A stretch of 61,616 nucleotides of DNA, the filler included. It is 8 parts of 8 records of this genome, joined end to end, with 100 filler letters (N's around TTAATTAATTAA, not from the genome) between each part and the next. Parts side by side here need not be neighbours in the genome. Positions count along the whole stretch, not along the records: positions 1 to 10,692 come from SRR31147125_21003; positions 10,793 to 16,537 come from SRR31147125_21066; 6 more parts are not named here. One strand, written 5' to 3'. The notes beneath the pieces are model-generated. The model did no database searches. It had not been told where the DNA came from and saw only the letters and a list, made by a program, of their open reading frames with translations. The translations under genes were made by a program, and so were the position numbers. Positions within the stretch are counted from its first letter, which is position 1, and each line of letters begins with the position of its first letter. Shown here in pieces: positions 1-12,351 of the stretch.

Positions 1-1
1 C

Positions 2-3000
2 CCCGCATTTCCAGATTCACGAATAAAATACATGCTCGATGACTGCAATCCTAAAGCGATTCTTAAATGCTGTGTTAATAAGTATTTTGATATAACGGAG
101 ATAGATTTAGCTGATGAAAAAATTTGGGAAGAAACCAAAGATGATGTTGTAGTTGATGTTACCGTAGATGATTTAGCATATGTAATATATACATCTGGGA
201 CTACAGGAGAGCCTAAAGGCGTAATGGTAGAGCATAGAGGTGTGATAAATCTAAAATATCATTTTATTGATAAATATAACATTACACATAATGATATAGT
301 AGCGCAGTTTGCAAACATTGTATTCGATGCCTCTGTATGGGAAATAAGCATGGCACTGTTAAATGGAGCAACTTTATCAATTGTTACTCAAGAAGCCATA
401 AAAGACACTAAAAAGCTTACCGATTATTTTAATAAAACAGGGATTACTGTTGCAACTCTACCTCCTAACTATTTCATACAGACAAATAACTTGTCTTTAA
501 GAGTATTGATAACAGCCGGCTCGGAATCGAGCCAGATGATATTGGATAAGGCATGTGTATATCGATATATAAATGCATATGGTGAAGCTGAAACAACTGT
601 ATGTGCTACAGATTGGGAGTATGCACCTGAGGAAAGAGAATATAGAGTTGTTCCGATTGGAAGACCGATTAACAATACTAAGATTTACTTAATGAATCAG
701 GAGTATAGTCAGCTTTTAGGTATCGGCATGATTGGACAGATATGCATTGGAGGCGTTGGAGTTGCAAGGGGATACCTTAATAAACCGGAATTAACAGCAG
801 AGAAATTTATTGATAATCCCTTTAATGAGGGAAGAATTTATTGTTCAGGCGATATGGGCAGATGGCTTCCAGATGGTACTATTGAATATCTTGGCAGAAT
901 GGATGACCAGGTAAAAGTTAATGGATTAAGGATTGAATTAGGTGATATAGAGAGCGCTATAAATAGTATTGACTTTATTAACGAATCTGCAGTAATTGCT
1001 GCAAAGGATAAAAGCGGTGATATGACTATTTACTCATATGTTGTATCAAAGAAAAAAGTAGATAAACATAAAGTACAAGTTAGGCTGAGTAATGTACTGC
1101 CTCAATATATGATACCAAGATATATTATTCAGGTTCAGTCAATTCCGGTTACTATAAGCGGCAAGGTAGATAAAAAAGAACTTCTTAAAATACAAGATAA
1201 AAATACTAGTGAATATATAGAACCTAAAACGGAAATAGAAAAAAGATTATGTAAGGTATTCGAGCAAATATTAAAGGTAGATAAAGTAGGAGCAAAAGAC
1301 AACTTTTTTAGATTAGGCGGAGATTCTATTAAAGCTATTCGTGTTGTGTCTGGAATGAGAGCACATGGATATGAAGTAAGCATGAAAGATGTAATGGGAA
1401 AATATACTGTTGAAGCTATTGGGAAGAAAGTGAAAATGATGGATGCAGACAGAGTATACTGTCAGTCTGAATCAACAGGAGTTGTAGTCACTACCCCCAT
1501 CATTCGTGAATTTGCTGATTGGAATTTAACAGAACCGCACCATTTTAACCAGGATGTTATGATGTATTTAGGCGAATATAGTGAAGGTGATGTAAAAAAA
1601 GTATTGGACAGACTCATTTTACATCATGATATTATTCGTTCTGTATATAGAGATGGTAACTTGGAAATAGTGAGCAGTAAAGACAGCACAGGGTATGATT
1701 TATGCAGCTATGATATCCGAGACGTTGAAAATCGAAAAGATAAGATTTATGAAATATGCACGAATTTACACTCAAGCATAGACCTTGATAATGGCCTTTG
1801 CTTAAGGCTGCAATATTTAAAAAAACTGACGGCAATTATCTGTTTTTATGTCTACATCACTTGATAGTGGATAGTGTATCATGGGGAATTATAACCGAAG
1901 ATATAAAAGTTGGCTTAGAGCAGATAAGAGATGGAAAAGAGATTTCGTTTCCGTTAAAGACAGCATCTTTTATTACTTGGTCAAAGGCTTTGGATGAATA
2001 CAGATATAGTAATCAACTAAAAAGTGAAGCGAAATACTGGAAAGAAATAGCAGCGAAAATGGAATCAGGGAAGCTATTGGTGGAAAACACTGAAAAACAT
2101 AGCGGTTATGATTGTATAGAGCATTCCATTGATGCAGAAACCACAAACGATTTACTAACAAAAGCAGGTAAGGCATTTAGTACAGAAATTAATGATTTAT
2201 TAATAAGCGCATTCAGCCTGTCTATAAATAGGCTAACTAGACAAAGCTCAATAGCAATTGCGCTGGAGGGCCATGGTAGAGAGGAAATACACAAGAAGAT
2301 TGATATTGACCGTACTGTAGGATGGTTTACTACAATATACCCTGTGGTAGTAGAATGCATGAGTGACATTTCGCAGAGTATTATTAGTGTAAAGGAAACT
2401 TTGCATAATGTACCCAATCATGGACTCGGTTATGGATTGCTATATGACTGCAGAGAAATGACAGCAGATATTTATTTTAACTATTTGGGGAAGATGAATG
2501 CAGAAACTGAAAATGAAACCGTATATTTCTCTTCGGGTAAGCGTAATTCAGATAAAAATGAGCCAGTAGGCAATATTAGTTTTTCGTGTATTATCAAAAA
2601 AGGAAAACTTAATATATTAGTTAAGTATAAAAAGTCGTTCTGCAATAAAAATTTTGTGCAAGAACTTATTACACATTATTGTGATAGCTTACAGGCAATC
2701 GTTGATTTTACAGTAAATCAAGAATTTGTGGTGAACACAGCATCGGATTATACAGCTCATAACCTAGATATGGATGATTTTGCCAAGATAAAAGAACTTG
2801 AAAACGAATCTGGCAGGCTTATCGATATTTTTTCTCTTAAGCCGGTTCAGCAAGGTATATTATTTGAGTGCATGAAAAATGAATATTCTACTGAATATGT
2901 GATTCAGCAGGTGTTTGATGCAGGAAAGAATACGAAAGCTAATTTATTGAAAAAAGCATTTGCGCTGCTAGTAAAAAAGCATGAAGCACTGAGAACGGCA

Positions 3001-6000
3001 ATAGTATATGAAAACGTCAAAACACCGAGACAGGTGATTTTTGACAAAAGAAAACTAGACTTTGGAGTTATTGATATATCAGGAGTAGATGAAAAAGCAC
3101 AAAATCAAAAGTTTCTACAGCTTTTATCAGATGATGTCAGTAAAGGATTCGATTTTGAGAGCGAGCCGCTTATAAGGATGAAACTGGTATTGCTAAATGA
3201 TAATAAAAAAAAGATAGTGTTAAGCTGTCATCATATCATTATAGATGGATGGTGCCAGCTTATCATAATGGATGAATTGAGAAAATTCTACAACATGATG
3301 CTTCAAGGTTGTGATTTTACTGATATATCAAAATTAATAGAAGAAGAAAACATAGATACCCCAAACTATAAAGAGTATCTTCAGATAACAGAAGATATAG
3401 ATAATAATATGGGATTATCATATTGGCATGAACTTTTAAAGGACTATGAAGAAAGTTCTGAAATAAAGCCAATGACAAAGCCGAATAATTGCAAGAATCA
3501 AGTACATACCCAAAAAATGAAGTTATCCAAGGAATTAAGTTATACATTACACAGCTTAGCTGTATTTAACAATTTGACAATAAATAGCATTGTTGAAGCA
3601 GCGTGGGGTATAGTGCTGCAGAAATACAATATGAGTAATGATTGCGTTTTTGGCAAAAGTGTATCAGGCAGAGATGTAGATCTGGAAAATATTGAAGATA
3701 TAATTGGTATTTTTATAAATACTATACCAATTCGGATAAAGGCAGAAGATAATACAACTATTGCTCAACTAATAAGAAACGTTCAAAACCAAGCGAATGA
3801 AAGCATTAAGCATTCTTTTTGTTCAATAGGTGATATTCAAAATCAAACACAGCAAAAGAATAATTTAATAAATTCGCTGCTTGCATTTGAAAAGAGTCCA
3901 GATACAGGGGAATGCAATATTGAAGATGGGCGACTTGATATACAACTAGTAGATGCCAGAGAGCAGACAACCTACGATATTACTGTGATTTCAAGATATG
4001 AGCATGATGTATTATCATTTGATATTTTGTACAATCCTAATTATTATAAACGTGAAGAAATTATTATTGTTCTTGACAAGCTTGAAATGATATTAGAAAC
4101 ATTTTCTATCTCGTGGGACATGAAGATAAGTGAAATACCAAATATTTGTGAAAATGAAAAAACAATTATTACAAATCAATTTAACGAAAAGCAATTTCAT
4201 AAGCAGGATAACAAGACGGTTATAGACGTTTTTGAAGAACGTGCAGCCAAAACACCTGAATCGATTGCTATAGAATTTAGTGGTAAAAGCTTAAGTTATC
4301 AAGAATTTAATATCAAGGCAAACCAACTTGCTTGGAAGCTAAGAGATATGGGCGTTAAGCAAAATGATTTTGTCGCAATAATTGCCCATAGAAGCGTTGA
4401 AATGCTGACGGCTATTTATGGAATATTAAAATCTGGAGGGGCATATGTACCTATAGATCCGACCTATCCAGAAGAACGTATTCAATATATGCTGGATGAC
4501 TGCAAACCAAAGATTATATTGACATATGGGTACAGCATTGATACATCTACTCCGGTTTTAGCGTTAGATGGCGATATAATTTGTGAAGGCAAAACTCAAA
4601 ATCCTCCAAAAGTAAATTGCATGGATGATGTTATATACATGATATATACATCTGGTACTACTGGAGAACCAAAGGGAGTTGCAAACAGACATTTGGGTAC
4701 TGCTAATTTATTATATTGGATGTATACACATTACAAACTAAATGAAGATGATGTAATCTTATTCAAAACAACATATATATTTGATGTATCCATTACAGAG
4801 ATATTGCTATGGGCGTATTTTGGAGGAAAGATAGTAATTGCACCTCTTGACGCAGAGAGGGATACTGACGTATTAGCACAAATCATTGAAGAGAGCAGAG
4901 TTACTCTTATAAATTTTGTTCCGTCTATGCTGTCGGTTTTTCTTGATTATGCAGCGACACGAGAAACTCTTAAAACAGTACGATATATTTTCTCAGCAGG
5001 TGAAGCGTTAAAGGAATCATATTCGCACAAATTCAATAAGATAATTAAAAATTATGGATATAACGGGCAGCTTAAAAACCTATGTAGGTATACAGAAGCA
5101 AGCGTTTATGCAACTCATTTTGACTGTGAAGCTAATATTGAAAAAATGATGATAGGTAAGCCGCTATGTAATATTCAATGTTATATTATTGACAAAAATC
5201 GTTTATGTGGTATAGGTATCCCTGGGGAATTATGTATTACAGGGGATGGCGTTGCATTAGGATATTTAAACAAACCAGAACTAACAAATCAAAAATTCAT
5301 TAAGAATCCATTTGGGCAAGGGATGATGTACCTTACAGGAGATATTGCTCGCTATATGCCAAATGGCGATATTCAATATATAGGGAGAGAAGATGACCAG
5401 GTCAAAGTGAGAGGCTTCAGAATTGAATTGGGCGACATAGAAAGCCATCTTAGAAATAACAAAGATATTATTGATGTTGTAACAATAATTAGGAATAAAG
5501 CAGGAAGTAATGAGATATGTGCATATGTAACATCATCAGTAAATCTAAATGTAGAGAATGTAAAAAATGCATTAAAAAAACAATTGCCAGATTATATGGT
5601 TCCATCATTATTGATACAGGTACCGGAATTTCCGATTACAAATAATGGTAAGCTGGATAAAAAAGCTTTAGCAAAATATGATTATATTCCGAATAAAAAC
5701 ATAATACTGCCTCGCAATCAAATTGAAGAAGAATTGTGCAATATATTTAAAGAAATACTAGGTTTGGATTATGTTGGTGTTACAGACAGTTTTTTTGATC
5801 TGGGAGGTCATTCACTAAAAGCTATGAGTTTGCTGAATATCATAAAGTTAAAATTCAGCGTAAATGTTACTTTAGCAGAAATATTCTCAGCAACAACAAT
5901 TGAAGATATTGCTGCATGTATAACCGGCAAAAGCATCACTAAGGCAGACGTGATATCATTTGCTGAGCATAAGAAGTATTACCTGATGTCACCAATGCAA

Positions 6001-9000
6001 AAAAGGATATATATTGTTAGCCAGTTAGATACGGATAGTATTGCCTATAACACAACCATTGCATATAGTCTGACAGGTGATATGGATTCATCCAAAGTTA
6101 GGAATGTACTATTAGAAATAGTTAAACGAAATGAAATCCTTAGGACAAGATTCAGTGTTATGAAAAATGAGTTTGTACAAATTATTGAAGATGAAATTAA
6201 AATTGATTTTAAATCCTATGAAGAAAGTGAGAAAACATACCCCGATTTACTGAATGAATTTGTTAAACCTTTTTCTCTCGAAGAAGTACCATTGTTCAGG
6301 GTGGAACTTATAAAAAGAAAAAGTGACTATTTATTACTGCTTGATATGCATCATATCATTAGTGATGGAATGACTTTGGCCAATATTTTAAATGAGTTTG
6401 CGCTGCTATATGATGGCAAAGTATTAGAATTTCCTAAATACCAGTACAAAGACTATAGTGAATGGTTCAAAACACTAAATTTATCAGATCAAAAAGAATA
6501 TTGGATAGATCAATTCTCTGATAATATTCCAGTACTTAATTTGCCGTATGACAAAGAGCGTCCTTCTATTCAGAGCCATAGAGGAACTATTGTAAGAAAA
6601 AGAACAGGCAATGGGCTAGGAATAAGAATCAAAGAGCTTGCTAGTAATACAAAAACAACAGAATACATGATATTTCTATCTACACTAATGATTCTGCTGA
6701 GTAAACTAAGCAAGCAGGATGATATAGTAGTTGGAACTCCTGTAGGTGGAAGAATACATAAAGATGTTGAGAAAATGATAGGGGTGTTTGTCAATACGCT
6801 GGCCATCAGGGGACGTATTAATCAAAACATAAAGTTTGAAGATTTTTTGCAAGAGATAAAAGATAAGTGTGTAAATGCGTATAATAATCAGGTTTATCCA
6901 TTTGAAGAATTAGTTGAGGAACTTGAGGTTACAAGAGATTTATCTAGAAATCCGTTATTTGATGTTATGCTAACCCAACACAATGAATCGCAGTTTAGTA
7001 TCGATATTGATGGTCATAAGTTTTGTTTTATGGATACAATGAGCTGTAATGCTAAGTTTGATCTTAATTTTACTGTGATGGGTAAAGAAAACGAGTTTGA
7101 CATTTGGATTGAATATTGTACTGATTTATTCGATGAAAAGCATGTGGACAAAATGCTGGAAATATACATTGATATATTAGGTCAGGTAGTATTCGATGAA
7201 CAAATAACTATAAAGAATATTGAAACCATTGTTAGTGATGATAGAGAAAGAATATTAAATCAATTTAACAAAACAAAAAGAACATATGATAAGAATCAAT
7301 CTGTGATAGAACTAATAGATAATGAAATGAAGCGCAAAGCAGATAAAACAGCACTAGTGTTTCAAGACAGAGAAATATCGTATAGTCAGCTAGATAACCT
7401 AGCACAAAAGATAGCAGCACATTTGGCTAAGAGGAGCATTAAAAAGAATGATTTAGTTCCTATAATAGCTGAGTATAGTATTGAGATGATAGCTGGTATT
7501 TTAGGAATATTAAAAGCTGGCGGGGCTTATGTTCCTATAGACCCCCGCTATCCAAAGGATAGAATAGATTATATTGTCAATGATGTAGATTCTAAATGTG
7601 TATTAGTATATAACTACACAAAAAGTATTAACGCTGATATTGTCGATTTATCCGATGAAACAATATACAAAAATAAATGTGACTTTGCAACAGTTAAGGT
7701 GAATTCAGATGATTTGATTTATTGTATTTATACATCAGGTACATCAGGAAACCCAAAAGGCGTACTAATTGAGAACAAAAGCATTGTAAATTTATGTACG
7801 ATTTTCATAAGTGATATTTACACTAAACACGATGTTAAAAAGGCGGCATTATTATCATCGTTTGCATTTGATGCATCAGTAAAGGTGCTATTTACCTCTC
7901 TTATTACAGGCATAGAGCTGCATTTGATAAACGAGAAGAAAAAGAACAGATAGATGAGTTGGTACAGTATATCTATATCAATGATATAGATGCTATAGAT
8001 TGTACACCTTCATACTTAAATTTACTTTGCTCTACAATGTCGCATTATGGCAAATGTGATAGTACAAAAGTTATCTTATCAGGTGGCGAAGAACTAAAAT
8101 CTGATGTTATTAATAATGTTTATAAACTTGAACGAATATCTATCTACAATGTATACGGATCTACAGAGGCTGCTGTAGACGCTTTGGTGTATGCTTGCAA
8201 TGGAAACGAGAAAAATAAAGTACCAATAGGCAAACCTATAAAAAATGTAAATGTATACATTTTAGAAAATATCAACTTATGCGGAATTACAGTTCCTGGC
8301 GAGCTTTGCATAGCAGGCGATGGTGTTGGAAGAGGATATCTAAATAATCCTCAATTGACATCAGAAAAATTTGTTGATAACCCATTTGGAGAAGGCAGGA
8401 TGTATCGTACAGGAGATTTAGCAAGATGGCTTCCAGATGGTAACATTGAGTATTTAGGCAGAATAGATAATCAAGTAAAGGTCAGAGGATTCCGTATTGA
8501 ATTAGGTGAAATAGAGAGCGTATTACGTTCTGTTGATACTATTTTGGATGCTGCTGTAATTGTCAAGAAAAATAAGGATGGTATAAGCAGGATATATGCG
8601 TATGTATCATCAAAAACAAATATTGATATAAATTATATTAATATTTGCCTCAGAGCAAAATTACCAGAATATATGGTGCCTGAGCAAATTATTCAGATTG
8701 ACTCAATACCAATGACAGTCAATGGGAAATTGGATACTAAAGCTTTGATGAACATAGAAATGAAGAAAGTGAAAGAATACGTCAAGCCAAGAAATGAAGT
8801 TGAAGAGGTATTGTGCAATATATTTGAAGAGGTGCTTAATAAAAAAGATATTAGTATTACAGATAGTTTTTTTGAAATCGGCGGTGATTCAATTGCGGCA
8901 ATTAGGATATCATCGAAAATTAGAAGAAAAAAATTACAATATAACAGTTCGCGATATTATGTCGCAATATACTATAGAGAATATTGCTTCGATTGTTGAT

Positions 9001-10692
9001 CAAAATCATGTTTATTATAAACATGATCAGGGTGATGCAGCTGGAAATGTAATAAATACTCCAATGATTTCCTATTTTAATAAACGTAAGTTACCCAATA
9101 AAAATCATTTCTGTCAAGATATTTTATTTGAACCCTATGGGCTAGATGAGAGGGAAGCTGAACAAGCGCTTTTAGCAATCATAAAACACCATGATGTATT
9201 ACGTGCAACGTATGATGAGAGTAAATTAACACTTGTTACTATGGATGATTGGGATAAGTTTGACTTCACTGTATATGATTATAGCAAAACTGAGTTCTCT
9301 GAATCTATTGCTGATGAAGACTGCAAGAAGATTCAAGAAAGCTTTGATATAGAAAGTATCTCGCTTATAAAGGCAGCATACTTCAAATTCAAAGAAAAGA
9401 ATTATATGTTTATTTGCATTCATCACTTAGTGGTTGACGGCGTTTCGTGGAGAATAATCATTGATGATTTTATTATTGCTGCGCAGCAAATAAAGAGCAA
9501 CGATATGATTAATTTACCTTCAAAGACTGCATCGTTTATTGAATGGTCAACGGTATTGGATACATATAGCGAATCAGATGTTGTACAGGGTGAAAAAACA
9601 TACTGGGATCAGATTATACACAGATTTGACGAAGGTAGATTAAATACCTTAGAAAACAGTGAATCGGGAATTGGAAAAGTAAGAATTGAGTTAGATGAAA
9701 ATCAAACTGAACGATTAATTGAGGCATCGGGCAGGTCGGCAAGCACAAAAATTACAAGCATTCTTCTATCTGCAATTGGCATGTCTGTAAAAATGCTGAC
9801 AAACCAAAATATTTTGACTATTGGCATGGAAGGGCACGGCAGGGAAGAGATAAGCAATAATATAGTGGTTGACAGAACTGTTGGCTGGTTTACAACAAAA
9901 TACCCAATATCTCTTGATTTATTCGACAACATTGAGGAATGCATATCAAGTACTGATGAAACTATTGAGAGCATACCTCAAAATGGTATAGGATATGGCT
10001 TGCTTTATCCGGATATGATGGATTGCGGTGCAGATTTTATTTTTAACTATTTGGGACAACTAAAAGCAGATGAAATACAATTCTGCAGTATTGGTACGAG
10101 CATAGCTATTGATAATGGAATATCAGGCATTGTAGATATGGATGGAATAATTCACCATAATAGACTTGTATTTGATGTTCGTTTTGATAGAAGCAGGGTA
10201 ACCGATAATTTCATTTATAAATTCATACAATACTATCAAGCGAACTTAAATGAAATTATATCATACGTATTAAAGAAGAATAGCGGAAAAGCTTTGAGTG
10301 AATTTAAAGCTACTGGTATAGCTCAAGCAGAATTAGAGATGCTTGAAAAAATAAATGATATTGAGGCTGTATATCCTATTACGTCGTTACAGGAAGGAAT
10401 TTTATATTTTAATATCGATGATAGAAGCTCTACAAAATATGTAATACAAGAAGTATTTGATATGGACAAAGAGGCTAACTCGCATAATTTAGAATTAGCA
10501 GTTAAGTTAGTTGTGCAAAAATACGATATATTGAGATCAGGTTTTGCAGACGAAAATATGAGTAAGCCAGTACGTGTAGTATATAAAAATGCAGATTTAG
10601 AATTTGTAACAGAAGATTTATCTAAAATGAGTAAGGCAGAAAGCGAGAAAAAATTTGAATTACTCAAGGAAAAAGATATTGAACGAGGATTT
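2..10692 (+). CDS. Multimodular non-ribosomal peptide synthetase, partial at both ends, split by three 1-nt frameshifts (~1797, ~7935, ~8915-8930). Domain order: A(partial)-T-E-C-A-T-C-A-T-E-C(partial)
   Basis: ORFs 32-1864, 1798-7953, 7959-8999 and 8794-10692 continue each other. Motifs: A3 (Y/I)YTSGT(T/S)GxPKG x3; T-domain GGDSI, GGHSL, GGDSI; E-domain HHL(I/V)VD(S/G)VSW, EGHGRE, RTVGWFTT, FNYLG x2; C-domain HHIIIDGW and HHIISDG. Confidence 0.97.
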
Positions 10693-10792
10693 NNNNNNNN
10701 NNNNNNNNNNNNNNNNNNNNNNNNNNNNNNNNNNNNTTAATTAATTAANNNNNNNNNNNNNNNNNNNNNNNNNNNNNNNNNNNNNNNNNNNN
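10693..10792. other. Artificial contig linker (44 N + TTAATTAATTAA + 44 N)
   Basis: The 12-mer puts stops in all six frames; an identical 100-nt layout occurs 7 times; composition and gene content change abruptly across it. Confidence 0.99.
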
Positions 10793-11785
10793 TTCCAGTA
10801 CCACATCCCTATCGAAGCTGGTGGAGACTACAAAAACTTCTATTTTAAAATACTGACCGCCTATGCTTATAATGAAATTGACCCGGACAACGCTGAAAGC
10901 AGAAACTTTGACGGTTTTGTTGATACAAGGGTCAACCTGGCGTATGAATCTGTAGCGCAGTTGCCGGTGGATCTTCTGTTTGCCGTAGATTTTAATCTAC
11001 CGACTGGGAAAACAGGACTCGACGCTGCTGATGCCATCAGCATTTCTGATCCGGACAAAGTGACCATTACGCGCATGGGTGAGGGGACCAATGTAAACCC
11101 AAGCATCTCGGTGTTGAAGCAATGGGGATCACTCTACACAGCCGCAGGAGTTGGGTATATATGGCGAGGCAGCTTCGATGCCGCTGACACGCTGGAGGAT
11201 TACGATCCGGGCGATGCCCTGAACATATCGGCTGCCGCAGACTATCTATTTTCTCCTCAATGGAGCGCACGCATTTTCGGTTCATGGACCAGTTTTGAAA
11301 AGGATCAACTGGCAGGCGCGGATTATTTCGAACCAGGTGATGTCACTATCTTTAGTGCTTCTGCAACTTACGCCCGAGCGGCTTGGGATGTGACCGGCAA
11401 GGTAGAAGCTATTTTGAGAGATAAAGACGAGCGGCAAAACAGCTCCGGCGTTCTGCAACCGGAAGTCGAAAACTACTATGGGGATGAGTGGATCGCCGAG
11501 CTAAGAGGCCACATGCAGATTAACGACTGGATGGATCTCAACGGTTGGGCCCAGTACTTGATGATCGATGAAAATGAATATGCCACCGCCGATCCGTTCT
11601 ACCTCAGCAAACGCCAAAAGACCCTCCTTGGATGTGAACTGGTAGGTCGCCTGGGAAAACGCTGGGAGGCTGGGATGAGCCTCCAGTGGTACTTGATGGA
11701 TGTGAACGACAATCCGTCCAATGCCAGTGCCGGATCAGACTTTGATGGCGGCAGCGCAACACTCTGGCTATCCGCCTTTTTTTAA
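10793..11785 (+). CDS. Outer-membrane beta-barrel protein, 5'-truncated
   Basis: Frame is open from the contig edge (FQYHIPIEAG...) into ORF 10961; alternating amphipathic strands rich in aromatic residues; ends LWLSAFF with the C-terminal Phe typical of BAM substrates. Confidence 0.75.
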   Translation, partial: FQYHIPIEAGGDYKNFYFKILTAYAYNEIDPDNAESRNFDGFVDTRVNLAYESVAQLPVDLLFAVDFNLPTGKTGLDAADAISISDPDKVTITRMGEGTNVNPSISVLKQWGSLYTAAGVGYIWRGSFDAADTLEDYDPGDALNISAAADYLFSPQWSARIFGSWTSFEKDQLAGADYFEPGDVTIFSASATYARAAWDVTGKVEAILRDKDERQNSSGVLQPEVENYYGDEWIAELRGHMQINDWMDLNGWAQYLMIDENEYATADPFYLSKRQKTLLGCELVGRLGKRWEAGMSLQWYLMDVNDNPSNASAGSDFDGGSATLWLSAFF

Positions 11786-11837
11786 TTCCGCTAAGACTAT
11801 ATATAACCGTCGCAAATACCCCAATAGCGCAAACAGC

Positions 11838-12350
11838 TCACGGGGCCATCAACTCAACGGCGGCATGATCGGCAGCCGACAGCCAGCCGCTGACGCTGTC
11901 GGCTGAAGCTGATCCAGTCCCTGTCTTTAAAATCTTTCCACTGGCCACATCGACCCGGCGCAGATCCAGCCGCAGTGATGAACCCGCAACCTGAAACGCA
12001 CCGAAGACCATCTGCCGGGCCCCTATGATTCGACCCAGCTTGAGCCGCGTCTGGGTATTGGCTAAATCTGAACTGCCGATATTGAGCTCTTCTATCGCTT
12101 TAAGGAGCTGCTGCCTCTCTACTGCTTGGTACTCCTTCATTTCATTTACGCGCGCCGTGATCTTGGCAGCCATGAATTCACCAATCCCAGTGTTCCCATG
12201 TGCAATGGGACTCAAATCTTCCAGATCCCAGACCGCCACGGACATCGGTTGATTGTCCAAGGCTGTCCCCGGCCCCGCGCAGGCCTGTACAAATGCTATC
12301 AACAGTCCCGTTATCAACCAATGGGCTATGAGCTGACGACACCGCTTCAT
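11838..12350 (-). CDS. CsgG/HfaB-like (TolB-N/FlgO-like fold) lipoprotein
   Basis: Lipobox-like VQAC after a hydrophobic stretch; VERxxLxKAIEELNIGSS...LKLGRIIGA...FGAF...LRRVDVASGKI pattern typical of CsgG-like domains. Confidence 0.8.
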   Translation of the reverse strand: MKRCRQLIAHWLITGLLIAFVQACAGPGTALDNQPMSVAVWDLEDLSPIAHGNTGIGEFMAAKITARVNEMKEYQAVERQQLLKAIEELNIGSSDLANTQTRLKLGRIIGARQMVFGAFQVAGSSLRLDLRRVDVASGKILKTGTGSASADSVSGWLSAADHAAVELMAP

Positions 12351-12351
12351 C

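Noticed and set aside
10737..10748. Recurring TTAATTAATTAA as a biological repeat or CRISPR-like unit
   Set aside because: Always centred in N padding; it is a six-frame-stop linker.
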